Source: Chitinophagaceae bacterium UBA2375 (lineage in GTDB: Bacteria; Bacteroidota; Bacteroidia; Chitinophagales; Chitinophagaceae). From it: a stretch of 64,000 nt of DNA. Shown piece after piece: positions 1 through 10,007 of the stretch; the stretch's first letter is position 1, and each line of letters opens with the position of its first letter. Under the pieces are notes generated by a model. The model worked only from the letters and a program-made list of their open reading frames with translations. It did not search any database and was not told where the DNA came from. The translations under genes and the position numbers were made by a program. Location: positions 11,758 through 75,757 of the forward strand of contig DDTB01000023.1 in the NCBI GenBank assembly GCA_002343985.1, given 5' to 3'.

Positions 1-37
1 GCGCATTCGTTGTTAAGCCTGTTGAAAAACTCGGGAG

Positions 38-697
38 ATGACGCTCATTAATGATTTAAGAGTTACAGATATTTTAGTTTACGCACTGGGCTTTATTGCA
101 CAGGCTTGCTTTGGTGCGCGCACGGTTGTTCAATGGGTGCAATCCGAACGTGCCGGGCGCGTAGTATCGCCTACCTGGTTTTGGGTTTTCAGTTTGTGTG
201 GCTCGGCACTATTTCTTATTTATGGACTACTGCGCCACGATGTGATAATTCTTTTTGGGCAAACCATTTCGTTCTATATCTATATCCGCAACCTGCAACT
301 GAAGAAAGCGTGGAGCAACATTAGCCGTATAGTCAGGTTAATTATTTTACCATTTCCATTCTTGTTGATGTTAGGCGCATGGCTGATGAACCCACAAAAC
401 TTTAGTTATATTTTTGAAGGAACCAATTTTTCCAATACGGCCCTTATCGCAGGAGGGGTGGGGCAGTTACTTTTAAATTTGCGCTACCTGTATCAATGGT
501 ATTTTTCAGAAAAGGCACAACAATCGCTTTTGCCCCTGGGCTTTTGGATTATTAGTGCAGCGGCATCGCTCATGGTAGTGTACTACGGAATAATGCATAA
601 CGAGCCTGTACTGCTGGTAGCGCAAAGTATGGGTTTTGTGGTGTACCTGCGCAACATTTACTTCGCCTTACGAACGCGCACAGTTGTAGCGCAGTAA
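38..697 (+). CDS. Lipid-A-disaccharide synthase N-terminal domain (LAB_N) membrane protein, duplicated domain
   Basis: Two repeats of the motif G..AQ..F..R..VQW..SE...(V/S)..P..FW..S..G/A; hydrophobic throughout. Confidence 0.8.
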   Translation: MTLINDLRVTDILVYALGFIAQACFGARTVVQWVQSERAGRVVSPTWFWVFSLCGSALFLIYGLLRHDVIILFGQTISFYIYIRNLQLKKAWSNISRIVRLIILPFPFLLMLGAWLMNPQNFSYIFEGTNFSNTALIAGGVGQLLLNLRYLYQWYFSEKAQQSLLPLGFWIISAAASLMVVYYGIMHNEPVLLVAQSMGFVVYLRNIYFALRTRTVVAQ

Positions 698-709
698 GTA
701 TCTTGCACC

Positions 710-1912
710 ATGACCGATTGGAAACGGATTAGTGATAGCACGGTGCAAGCGTTCATTTTTGAAAATGAACATGCTGATGAACGCGAACTGATGCTGCACC
801 ATAAAACGCTTTTTGATCTGCCTTCAAAATTAATAGCTGAACAAATAGCCGGCAGGCGCAAGGCAAAAAAGAAACTGCCGCTGTGGTATAACACAAAAGG
901 CGTTGTGTATCCGCCCACACTTAACCTCGAGCAATCCTCATCGCAGGCAACCGCACAATTCAAGGCAACATTTCTTAAAACGATAACGAATCAAAAAACT
1001 ATAACAGACCTTACAGGAGGGTTTGGTGTAGATTCGTTTTTCTTCTCAAAGAAATTTGATTCAGTAACCTCTGTTGAGCCAAACCCGGATTTGCTTGCGC
1101 TTGTACAACACAATTATATACAATTAGGTGTAACCAATGTGAATCACATTCAGACTACAGCCGAAGCATTTCTTTCGGCAGCAACAGAAACAGGAGTTTT
1201 TTATACAGACCCCTCCCGAAGGGATGATCGCACAAGAAAGATTTTTAAACTTAGTGCTTGCTCACCAGATATTACCCAACTGCATGCCCTGCTTTTTGCG
1301 AATGCTGAATGGCTGCTACTCAAGGCTTCACCCTTACTGGATATTCAACAAGGCTTGCGCGAATTGCCCCATGTTAAAATCGTAATGGCATTGGCAGTTG
1401 AAAATGAAATGAAAGAGTTACTCTTTCTGGCGCAGCGTGGGTTTAATGAACCTCCAAAGATTATGGCTATTGATCTTATGGCAACGGGCGAAATAAAATC
1501 AGAGGTTACGTTTACACAAGCCCAGGAGGCAACTTCGCAATCTGAATTTAGTGAACCACAACAGTATTTATACGAACCGAATGCCGCCTTACTCAAAGCC
1601 GGAGCCTTTAAGGTAATTGCACATAAATTTAATCTGTATAAACTGGCACAACATACACACCTGTACACATCTCAGAACAGAGTACATGATTTTCCCGGGC
1701 GTACCTTTCAAATAGAAAAAGTAAATCCAACAGATGAAGATTTGCATGAATGGCTACCCGATAATCGCGCGCATGTGGCCATTCGCAACTATCCACTTAC
1801 AGCTGCTCAGCTTATGAAAAAGCTAAACCTTTCGGAAGGCGGCAGTCGGTTTGTTTGGGGACTCAGCACGGCAAAGAGAAAGTATGTAGTGCTGTGTGAG
1901 CGTCTTTCCTAA
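710..1912 (+). CDS. Class I SAM-dependent methyltransferase with THUMP-like C-terminal domain
   Basis: EQSSS motif, DLTGGFGVD SAM-binding loop, DPSRR, YLYEPNAALLKAG typical of the Bacteroidota family. Confidence 0.8.
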   Translation: MTDWKRISDSTVQAFIFENEHADERELMLHHKTLFDLPSKLIAEQIAGRRKAKKKLPLWYNTKGVVYPPTLNLEQSSSQATAQFKATFLKTITNQKTITDLTGGFGVDSFFFSKKFDSVTSVEPNPDLLALVQHNYIQLGVTNVNHIQTTAEAFLSAATETGVFYTDPSRRDDRTRKIFKLSACSPDITQLHALLFANAEWLLLKASPLLDIQQGLRELPHVKIVMALAVENEMKELLFLAQRGFNEPPKIMAIDLMATGEIKSEVTFTQAQEATSQSEFSEPQQYLYEPNAALLKAGAFKVIAHKFNLYKLAQHTHLYTSQNRVHDFPGRTFQIEKVNPTDEDLHEWLPDNRAHVAIRNYPLTAAQLMKKLNLSEGGSRFVWGLSTAKRKYVVLCERLS

Positions 1913-2080
1913 GCATATTCTGATACCAGTAAGATTGCATTTATGCATATCAATCGTTTTCGCTACTAACTGTTAGTCGGCACCGAAATTTTAATTGGTA
2001 TGAATGTAAGATTTCCAAATACAATACCTGTAAATTGGAGGTTCGCTTTACATTAATTTTCTAAAACTACTACTTTGGAA

Positions 2081-5000
2081 ATGCAGACTGACCAGCAGGG
2101 ATTATACCGCCCCGAATTTGAGAAAGACTCGTGTGGCGTTGGTTTTATTGCCAACATGAAAGGAAACAAATCGCATCAGATAGTGAGCGATGCGCTTACC
2201 ATGCTTGAGCGGATGGAACACCGTGGAGCATGTGGCTGCGAACCGAATACAGGCGATGGAGCTGGCATTTTAATACAAGTACCGCACGAATTTTTTATAA
2301 GCGAATGCAGAAAGCTTGGGTTTAAACTTCCGGAGTTTGGAAGTTATGGAGTAGGGCTTGTCTTCTTTCCACACGATGCTAAAGTGCGCGAAGAATGCCG
2401 CAAAGTATTAGATCGCCAGATCAAAAAAATGAAGATGACGTTGCTGGGCTATCGTGTGTTGCCAGTAAACAATAAAGACCTTGGGCAAACAGCATTAAAT
2501 GCCGAACCCGTAATGGAGCAAGTATTCATTAAACGGCCCGATAAAATTACAAACCCGGATGATTTTGAACGTAAACTTTTTATTCTAAGAAAATACACAA
2601 CCCATATCATTACCGAATCGGTAAAGGGAGTGGCTAACCAATTTTATTTCTCTTCACTTTCCTACAAAACCATTGCCTACAAAGGTATGGTTACTTCGGG
2701 GCAGTTACGCCCGTATTTTGCCGATCTGGAGCACGAAGATGTGGTATCGGCATTAGCCGTAATTCACTCGCGCTTTTCAACTAACACATTTCCTTCGTGG
2801 AGGTTGGCACAACCCTTCCGCTACATTGCGCACAATGGCGAGATCAATACCGTGCGTGGAAATATAAACTGGCTTAATTCCAAGGAGGCTTTTTTTGCAT
2901 CGGAGTATTTTACACGCGAAGAGTTGGATATGATTTTGCCGATTTGTAATCCAAAGCAATCAGACTCATCTAATCTGGATAATGCCATTGAGTTGCTGGT
3001 TCATGCCGGCCGTTCGCTGCCTCATGTAATGATGATGATGATACCTGAAGCTTGGGATGGTAATGAAAGCATGAGCCAGGAGAAACGAGATTTCTATGAG
3101 TATCATGCAAACCTGATGGAACCCTGGGATGGCCCGGCATCCATTACGTTTACCGATGGAAAAATTATCGGAGCAACACTCGATCGCAATGGCCTGCGCC
3201 CTTCCCGTTTTGTAGTTACCGATGATGATATGGTGATTATGGCATCGGAAGTGGGTGTGCTGGATATAGACCAGGCTCGCGTGGTTACGAAAGGCCGCTT
3301 GCAACCAGGCAAAATGTTTGTGGTAGATATGGAGCAGGGCCGCATCGTAAGCGATGATGAATTGAAAAGAGAAATCTGCAACCGCCAGCCTTACGGCAAA
3401 TGGCTGCGCGAGAATAAAGTACGGTTACAAGACCTTCCGGAGCCGGGCGGAAGTTTTCATAAATACGATCCGGTTACGTTCCTGAAAAGACAAATTTCAT
3501 TTGGATATACCTCAGAAGACTTGCGGGTGATTCTTACACAAATGTGTGAAACCGGTAAAGAAGCGCTTGGCTCGATGGGCAACGATACTCCACTGGCTGT
3601 GCTTTCCAAACAAGCACAACATTTAAGCAGTTATTTTAAACAACTCTTTGCACAGGTAACTAATCCGCCAATCGATCCCATTCGCGAGCGGTTGGTAATG
3701 TCGCTGGTTTCGCATGTGGGCGGATCGTTAAATCTGCTGGAAGAATCGCCCGAGCATTGCATTACTCTGGAGTTACCCACACCCGTGCTTACCAACAATG
3801 AGATGGAGCGAATCCGGTACATTGATCATCGGCATCTGCAAACCAAAACCATTTATACCTATTTCAAAGCCGATGGCAAACCGGGTTCACTTGAAAACGG
3901 ATTGAATCGCGTGTGTCAATATGTTACCGATGCGATTGAAGACGGGTTTACAATCATTCTTCTGTCGGACAGAAGTTTTGATAGCGGCCACGCACAAATT
4001 CCTTCGCTGCTGGCTGTAGCGGCCGTGCATCATGATTTGATTCGGAAAGGGCTGAGAGGGAAAGTAGGATTACTCGTAGAAGCTGGCGATGTGTGGGAAA
4101 CACATCACTATGCCACCCTGCTGGGTTATGGAGCATCAGGTGTTAATCCATACCTCGTGTATCAAACCATACACGATATGAAAAAACGCAAGGTGTTGAA
4201 AGAAGACCTTACCGAAGAACAAGCAATTGCAAATTACAAAAAGGCAGTGGCCGGAGAGTTGCTCAAGATTATGAGTAAGATGGGAATCTCAACCCTGCAA
4301 TCGTATCATGGAGCGCAAATATTTGAAGCGTTGGGTATACATCCTGAAGTGATTGATCAATATTTTACCGGAACCGTATCGCGTATTGGTGGTTTAAAAT
4401 TAGATGATATTGCGCGTGAGGCATTAGCTAAACATCGACTGGCCTTTCCTAAAACAAATAACTGGCTGCCTCACCTGGCAGTGGGGGGCGTGTATCAATG
4501 GAAACAACGGGGCGAAGCGCATTTGTTTAATCCACAAACCATTCATTTGTTGCAGCAGTCAACCAAGATGAATGATTATAACCTGTTTAAAAAATATTCT
4601 AACCTGATTAATGATCAGAGTGAGCGGGCCATTACGCTGCGAAGCCTGCTCAAATTCAAAAAGAGCAAATCAATTTCAATTAACGAAGTAGAATCGAAAG
4701 AAAGCATCTTCAAACGATTTGCTACAGGGGCTATGTCGTTTGGTTCTATTTCGTACGAAGCACATAGCACACTTGCCGTAGCCATGAATCGCATTGGAGG
4801 CAAGAGCAACAGTGGCGAAGGGGGTGAAGACGAAAGCAGGTTTGCACCAAAGGAAAATGGCGATTGGGAAAACTCGGCCATTAAACAAGTTGCTTCCGGT
4901 CGGTTTGGAGTAACCAGTTATTACCTCACTAATGCTAAAGAACTTCAGATAAAAATGGCACAAGGTGCCAAGCCAGGCGAAGGGGGTCAGTTGCCCGGCC

Positions 5001-6643
5001 ATAAAGTAGATGATTGGATTGGGCGCGTGCGTCATTCTACACCAGGAGTTGGTTTAATATCGCCACCACCACATCACGATATTTATTCTATTGAAGATTT
5101 AGCACAACTTATTTACGATTTAAAAAATGCAAACCGTGAAGCACGCATCAGTGTAAAGCTGGTGAGTGAAGCTGGTGTGGGCACCATTGCTTCAGGTGTG
5201 GCCAAAGCCCATGCCGATGTAATTCTAATTGCCGGGCACGATGGCGGTACGGGGGCATCGCCCATCAGTTCTATTCGCCATGCAGGGTTGCCGTGGGAGC
5301 TTGGTCTGGCCGAAGCACACCAAACATTGGTGCGCAACAAACTACGTGGTCGTGTGGTCTTACAAGCCGATGGACAAATTCGTACCGGGCGCGATCTGGC
5401 AATTGCCGCGTTGCTTGGCGCAGAAGAATGGGGTGTGGCTACAGCAGCGCTTGTTACTACCGGCTGTATTATGATGCGCAAGTGTCATCTTAATACTTGC
5501 CCTGTGGGAGTAGCTACACAAAACAAAGAACTGCGCGCGCTCTTTACCGGTAAGCCGGAATATGTAGTAAACCTCTTTACATTTTTAGCTGAAGAACTTC
5601 GTGAAATTATGGCGGAGTTGGGATTTCGCACAGTAAACGAAATGGTAGGCCAGGCCGATAGACTTGAAATGCGCAAGGATGAGGAGCATTGGAAATATCA
5701 CAACCTTAATCTCTCTCCTCTCTTGTTTAAAGAACCAATGAGCCTGGATACAGCGCTGTTTAAACAAGAAGAGCAGGATCATGGAATTGAAGCCGTGTTA
5801 GATAGAAAATTGATTAAGCTGGCTAAACCAGCCTTAACAAAAGCAGAACGCGTGCAAGGTGAATTTGTGATTACCAACCAGGACAGGGCCGTGGGGGCTA
5901 TGCTCAGCAACGAGATTTCAAAAATTTATCTCGGCCCTGGCTTGCCAGCCGATACGGTACAAATAAAATTCAACGGAACAGCCGGGCAAAGCTTTGGTGC
6001 ATTTGTAACGGGTGGAGTAACATTCGAACTGGAAGGCGATGCGAACGATTACTTTGGCAAAGGCTTATCGGGTGGCAAAATGATTTTGTATCCATCTACC
6101 ACAGCAACCTTCAATCCATCAAAAAATATTATTGTGGGGAATGTGGCCTTCTTTGGCGCTACCGCTGGCGAAGCCTTTATTAAAGGAATGGCAGGCGAAC
6201 GTTTTGCGGTGCGCAACTCGGGTGTAAAAGTTGTGGTAGAAGGCGTAGGCGATCATGGCTGCGAATACATGACAGGTGGAACGGTAGTAATACTGGGCGA
6301 TACAGGAAGAAATTTTGCTGCCGGCATGAGTGGTGGGGTAGCCTATGTGTGGGATGTAAACAAAACATTTGTAAAAAATTGCAATATGGAGATGGTGCTG
6401 CTCGACACGCTGGATGAAGAAGATGAACACTTGCTGCACAGTATGATTGAGCAACACAAGCATCACACCAACAGCGAAGTGGCTGCACATATATTAAGTT
6501 ACTGGACCAACACCTATAAGAATTTTATTAAAGTAATGCCTATTGATTACAAGAAAGTGTTGGAAAAACGCAAAGCCGAAAAGAAATCAACTACTGCGCA
6601 AACCACTTTTGGTAATACAGATTTTAAATTTTCATCAAACTAA
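2081..6643 (+). CDS. gltB: Glutamate synthase large subunit
   Basis: ~1520 aa; DSCGVGF amidotransferase start, HSRFSTNT, IKMAQGAKPGEGGQLPG, CIMMRKCHLNTCPVG Fe-S motif. ORF track begins at TTG 2075; ATG at 2081. Confidence 0.98.
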   Translation: MQTDQQGLYRPEFEKDSCGVGFIANMKGNKSHQIVSDALTMLERMEHRGACGCEPNTGDGAGILIQVPHEFFISECRKLGFKLPEFGSYGVGLVFFPHDAKVREECRKVLDRQIKKMKMTLLGYRVLPVNNKDLGQTALNAEPVMEQVFIKRPDKITNPDDFERKLFILRKYTTHIITESVKGVANQFYFSSLSYKTIAYKGMVTSGQLRPYFADLEHEDVVSALAVIHSRFSTNTFPSWRLAQPFRYIAHNGEINTVRGNINWLNSKEAFFASEYFTREELDMILPICNPKQSDSSNLDNAIELLVHAGRSLPHVMMMMIPEAWDGNESMSQEKRDFYEYHANLMEPWDGPASITFTDGKIIGATLDRNGLRPSRFVVTDDDMVIMASEVGVLDIDQARVVTKGRLQPGKMFVVDMEQGRIVSDDELKREICNRQPYGKWLRENKVRLQDLPEPGGSFHKYDPVTFLKRQISFGYTSEDLRVILTQMCETGKEALGSMGNDTPLAVLSKQAQHLSSYFKQLFAQVTNPPIDPIRERLVMSLVSHVGGSLNLLEESPEHCITLELPTPVLTNNEMERIRYIDHRHLQTKTIYTYFKADGKPGSLENGLNRVCQYVTDAIEDGFTIILLSDRSFDSGHAQIPSLLAVAAVHHDLIRKGLRGKVGLLVEAGDVWETHHYATLLGYGASGVNPYLVYQTIHDMKKRKVLKEDLTEEQAIANYKKAVAGELLKIMSKMGISTLQSYHGAQIFEALGIHPEVIDQYFTGTVSRIGGLKLDDIAREALAKHRLAFPKTNNWLPHLAVGGVYQWKQRGEAHLFNPQTIHLLQQSTKMNDYNLFKKYSNLINDQSERAITLRSLLKFKKSKSISINEVESKESIFKRFATGAMSFGSISYEAHSTLAVAMNRIGGKSNSGEGGEDESRFAPKENGDWENSAIKQVASGRFGVTSYYLTNAKELQIKMAQGAKPGEGGQLPGHKVDDWIGRVRHSTPGVGLISPPPHHDIYSIEDLAQLIYDLKNANREARISVKLVSEAGVGTIASGVAKAHADVILIAGHDGGTGASPISSIRHAGLPWELGLAEAHQTLVRNKLRGRVVLQADGQIRTGRDLAIAALLGAEEWGVATAALVTTGCIMMRKCHLNTCPVGVATQNKELRALFTGKPEYVVNLFTFLAEELREIMAELGFRTVNEMVGQADRLEMRKDEEHWKYHNLNLSPLLFKEPMSLDTALFKQEEQDHGIEAVLDRKLIKLAKPALTKAERVQGEFVITNQDRAVGAMLSNEISKIYLGPGLPADTVQIKFNGTAGQSFGAFVTGGVTFELEGDANDYFGKGLSGGKMILYPSTTATFNPSKNIIVGNVAFFGATAGEAFIKGMAGERFAVRNSGVKVVVEGVGDHGCEYMTGGTVVILGDTGRNFAAGMSGGVAYVWDVNKTFVKNCNMEMVLLDTLDEEDEHLLHSMIEQHKHHTNSEVAAHILSYWTNTYKNFIKVMPIDYKKVLEKRKAEKKSTTAQTTFGNTDFKFSSN

Positions 6644-6645
6644 AA

Positions 6646-6717
6646 AAAGTTTAAAGTGGAAAGTCTTAAAGTTTAAAGTAACTGATTTTGAACTTTTCAC
6701 TTAAAACTTCAAACTTT
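6646..6717. repeat. Imperfect inverted repeat built from ~7-bp units (AAAGTnn x5 / nACTTnn x4)
   Basis: Read directly in the gltB-gltD spacer. Confidence 0.75.
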
Positions 6718-6724
6718 TAAAGCC

Positions 6725-8191
6725 ATGGGTAAACCAACTGGATTTTTAGAACAACAGCGCGAACTTCCGCACAAGCGCGATCCCAAAAAGCGCATAAACG
6801 ACTACAACGAGGTAGACCCCGTGATTGACGAGGGGATTACTGTGAAACAGGCTTCGCGGTGTATGGACTGTGGTATTCCGTTTTGTCATAATGGTTGCCC
6901 GCTTGGAAATATTATTCCCGAATTTAATGATGCCGTGTATCAGGAAAACTGGAAGCTGGCGTATGAGATTCTGATTTCAACCAACAACTTTCCTGAATTT
7001 ACCGGAAGAATTTGTCCGGCACCCTGCGAAGCTTCTTGTGTATTAGGCATTAACAAACCCCCGGTAGCTATTGAGTATATTGAAAAGTCAATTATAGAAA
7101 GAGCCTTTCAGGATGGGTATGCCAAACCGCGTATACCGGTTACCAGCACGAATAAAAAAATTGCAATTGTAGGGTCTGGCCCATCGGGGCTTGCGGCTGC
7201 GGCACAATTAAATTATGCCGGCCACCAGGTAACTGTGTTTGAACGGGCCGATGAAATTGGCGGGTTGCTACGGTACGGAATACCTGACTTCAAATTAGAT
7301 AAACAAATAGTTGACCGCAGAGTGCAGTTAATGACGGAAGAAGGCGTGAAGTTTCAGACCAATGCTAACGTAGGCGTAAATATTTCGGTAACTCAAATAA
7401 AAGAAGAGTTTGATGCGATTTTACTTTGCGGAGGATCAACCATTCCGCGCGACTTACCAATCCCTGGAAGGGAATTGAAAGGTGTACACTATGCCATGGA
7501 TTTTTTGACACAACAAAATTGCAGAGTGGCCGGTAAAAAAGTAAACACACAAGAAATCTGGGCTACCGGAAAAAATGTGGTGGTAATTGGCGGAGGCGAT
7601 ACCGGTTCAGATTGTGTGGGGACATCAAACCGGCATGGGGCAAAGTCAGTAACGCAAATTGAAATTTTATCTAAACCACCAAAAGATAGAACCGCTTCTA
7701 TGCCCTGGCCAAGCTGGCCAATGATTTTGAGAACCTCCACTTCTCACGAAGAAGGATGTGAGCGCAACTGGTCGATAGTTACTAAAGAGTTTATTGGCGA
7801 TGATCAAGGCAACCTGAAAGCCTTAAAGATTGCCGAAGTGGAAATGAAAAACGAACCGGGTAAACCACCAGTCTTTGTAGAAATAGCTGGCAGCGAAAAA
7901 GAAATTCCGTGCGAGTTGGCTTTATTGGCGATGGGCTTTTTACATCCTCAGCACAATGGTTTAGTAGAGCAACTGAGTGTTGACCGCGATGAGCGGGGCA
8001 ATGTAAAAGCAACCAACTATAAAACTTCTGTGGAAGATGTGTTTGCTGCAGGCGATATGCGCAGGGGGCAATCACTGGTTGTGTGGGCGATAAGCGAAGG
8101 CCGCGAAGCTGCGCGTGCAGTAGATCAGTATTTAGTAGGACAAACTACATTGGAGGCAAAAGAACAGGGGATATTGAGTTTGGTGGAGTAG
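6725..8191 (+). CDS. gltD: Glutamate synthase small subunit
   Basis: RCMDCGIPFC, GRICPAPCE, GSGPSG and GGGDTG motifs; directly follows gltB. Confidence 0.98.
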   Translation: MGKPTGFLEQQRELPHKRDPKKRINDYNEVDPVIDEGITVKQASRCMDCGIPFCHNGCPLGNIIPEFNDAVYQENWKLAYEILISTNNFPEFTGRICPAPCEASCVLGINKPPVAIEYIEKSIIERAFQDGYAKPRIPVTSTNKKIAIVGSGPSGLAAAAQLNYAGHQVTVFERADEIGGLLRYGIPDFKLDKQIVDRRVQLMTEEGVKFQTNANVGVNISVTQIKEEFDAILLCGGSTIPRDLPIPGRELKGVHYAMDFLTQQNCRVAGKKVNTQEIWATGKNVVVIGGGDTGSDCVGTSNRHGAKSVTQIEILSKPPKDRTASMPWPSWPMILRTSTSHEEGCERNWSIVTKEFIGDDQGNLKALKIAEVEMKNEPGKPPVFVEIAGSEKEIPCELALLAMGFLHPQHNGLVEQLSVDRDERGNVKATNYKTSVEDVFAAGDMRRGQSLVVWAISEGREAARAVDQYLVGQTTLEAKEQGILSLVE

Positions 8192-8232
8192 GTTGTATTG
8201 GGTACTTTTATTTTAGTTTCATATTGCCGCCA

Positions 8233-8718
8233 ATGGAAATGAGAAGCTCTGTACTAATTGTTATTGCTGTACTACTGATCAGTCCGGTTTTGGCTCAAGA
8301 CCTTAATTTAGATAACCGAACTTTCCACAAAAAGAATAGTATTAACGTTGAACTGGGGGGGTATGCATTTCTTGGTTCTTTAAATTATGAAAGAGTGATC
8401 TTGAATAATCGCAAGTACAAAACTACCGGGCAACTTGGATTTGGATATTTAGGTTTCCCAATTGTATTGCACCAATTGATTTCATTCAATAAGCACCATG
8501 TAGAATTGGGATTTGGAGTTGTTTTACCTTCACCCTTAGTTGAAGATCAGTATTATCCTTTTTTAACAGGACGTATTGGATATAGATTTCAAAAGCCATC
8601 CGGTAATTTTATTTTCAGAGCAGGTATAATGCCTGTGATCCTTGGGCCCGACAAGGGAGGTGAAGCCGATATGTTTTTATGGGCCTGGCCAGGACTCTCT
8701 TTTGGTTGGACTTTTTAA
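8233..8718 (+). CDS. Hypothetical exported protein, small outer-membrane beta-barrel-like
   Basis: Signal-peptide-like MEMRSSVLIVIAVLLISPVLAQ; alternating beta-strand pattern; C-terminal aromatic GLSFGWTF. The ORF track start at 8083 overlaps gltD and was rejected. Confidence 0.65.
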   Translation: MEMRSSVLIVIAVLLISPVLAQDLNLDNRTFHKKNSINVELGGYAFLGSLNYERVILNNRKYKTTGQLGFGYLGFPIVLHQLISFNKHHVELGFGVVLPSPLVEDQYYPFLTGRIGYRFQKPSGNFIFRAGIMPVILGPDKGGEADMFLWAWPGLSFGWTF

Positions 8719-8733
8719 CAATCTTTCTCATCC

Positions 8734-8758
8734 AAGCGCAAGCATCACGCTTGTGCTT
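8734..8758. repeat. REP-like palindrome AAGCGCAAGC-ATCAC-GCTTGTGCTT
   Basis: 10-bp stem with one G-T pair and 5-nt loop, just downstream of a RAYT remnant. Confidence 0.7.
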
Positions 8759-8776
8759 ATCCCTATCTGACACCTG

Positions 8777-8938
8777 CACCACATAACGTAATTCAATAAG
8801 TCCCTTCTTGTAAAAAAATCTCTTGGGCAACTGTAAAGATAATCTTCTTCATGTTCTACAAAACCTGCTTCAACCGGGTTGTAGTGTATGTATTCCATTT
8901 TTTTGGTAGAACACAGTTGTATTTAAAATTTCAATCGC
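8777..8938 (-). pseudogene. 3' remnant of a REP-associated tyrosine transposase (RAYT, IS200-like Y1)
   Basis: Manual translation with two frameshifts in A7 and T7 runs gives AIEILNTTVFYQK/MEYIHYNPVEAGFVEHEEDYLYSCPRDF/YKKGLIELRYV, including the YIHxNPV catalytic-Tyr motif; the N-terminal HUH part is absent. Confidence 0.75.
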
Positions 8939-8982
8939 GCCTGTATTAGATTTTTTGAGTATCGCCAAGCCGTATAGGCGGA

Positions 8983-9999
8983 TTAGTCATTTTTCAAATT
9001 CACAATTCCTTTTCTTGATTTAACATTGAGTTTTGAGTAGATACTACTAACGTGAGATTTTACGGTACTCAATCCAATATTAAATTGATCAGCAATTTCT
9101 TGATTGCTTGCTCCTTGCTGAAGCATTTCATAAATCTTTCTTTCCTGAACACTTAATTTGTCAACATGATTAGCCTTAATTTTAGTTTTCTTCGAACTGT
9201 ATCTTCCAACCACAAAGCCGATAAGGGTTAAAAATCCTAGTGAAACTACGGTGATTGTTATTGTTGAATTGTCGAAACTGTTAAATGAAAGTTTCTTTTT
9301 GAATGAATTGAAATATGGATTATTCTGATTGCTCCACTTTTTGATGTATGATTTATAATAACTTTCATTAGAAGAATAGTTTTCTGAAAAACGATTTTTG
9401 TAAATCGCATAAAGAGAAACCATAAAGTAATTTGACGTGTCAGCAATTAACAGCAAATCTTTCTCCAGTTGCTTTTCAATAAGTAATCGTTTTGATGCCG
9501 AACTTTCTGATGCAATACTATCGGCTTTAAAAAAATGATGAGTAATACGTTGAAATGCAATATTCTCTTTGTCGCCCTCAAAAACTATATTTTTAAATGG
9601 CGGATAATACGAATTGCTTGTTAGATGAATTGTTGAAAGTCGGTTAGCGATTAAAAATAAATGATTTTCGTCTTTACCGCCAATAATGAGCGTGGCTGGT
9701 GAGTCATTCTTCTTAACAATGTGCAAGCGAAACAAATTTTGATCAACTGGCAAATAGTCAATATCAAATTTGAAATAGCCAAGGCTATCTATGTTGGCCT
9801 TGGCTATTATTATCTCATTAGACATTACATACATATCATCGAATGTTGTAATGTGCGAAAGATAGATGGTCGAACTCCATGAATTATCTAACGATAATTT
9901 TCCAGCGATGTATGATTTAGTTTTTATTTGGCCATAAAGCGGAATAACTGAAACGAAAAATACTATTGTTGCTAAAACGTTTCTTGAACAAATTGTCAT
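8983..9999 (-). CDS. Membrane-anchored LuxR-family regulator (signal/periplasmic domain, TM helix, C-terminal HTH)
   Basis: C-terminal LSVQERKIYEMLQQGASNQEIADQFNIGLSTVKSHVSSIYSKLNV; TM ITVVSLGFLTLIGFVVG; N-terminal signal-like segment. Confidence 0.85.
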   Translation of the reverse strand: MTICSRNVLATIVFFVSVIPLYGQIKTKSYIAGKLSLDNSWSSTIYLSHITTFDDMYVMSNEIIIAKANIDSLGYFKFDIDYLPVDQNLFRLHIVKKNDSPATLIIGGKDENHLFLIANRLSTIHLTSNSYYPPFKNIVFEGDKENIAFQRITHHFFKADSIASESSASKRLLIEKQLEKDLLLIADTSNYFMVSLYAIYKNRFSENYSSNESYYKSYIKKWSNQNNPYFNSFKKKLSFNSFDNSTITITVVSLGFLTLIGFVVGRYSSKKTKIKANHVDKLSVQERKIYEMLQQGASNQEIADQFNIGLSTVKSHVSSIYSKLNVKSRKGIVNLKND

Positions 10000-10007
10000 A
10001 CTCAAAA

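Noticed and set aside
8083-8232. 5' extension of the 8083-8718 ORF
   Set aside because: Overlaps the gltD 3' end; a signal peptide begins at 8233/8239
8615-8830. 71-aa minus-strand ORF
   Set aside because: Not a gene: it is the last frame of the RAYT remnant reading through the REP into the neighbouring gene
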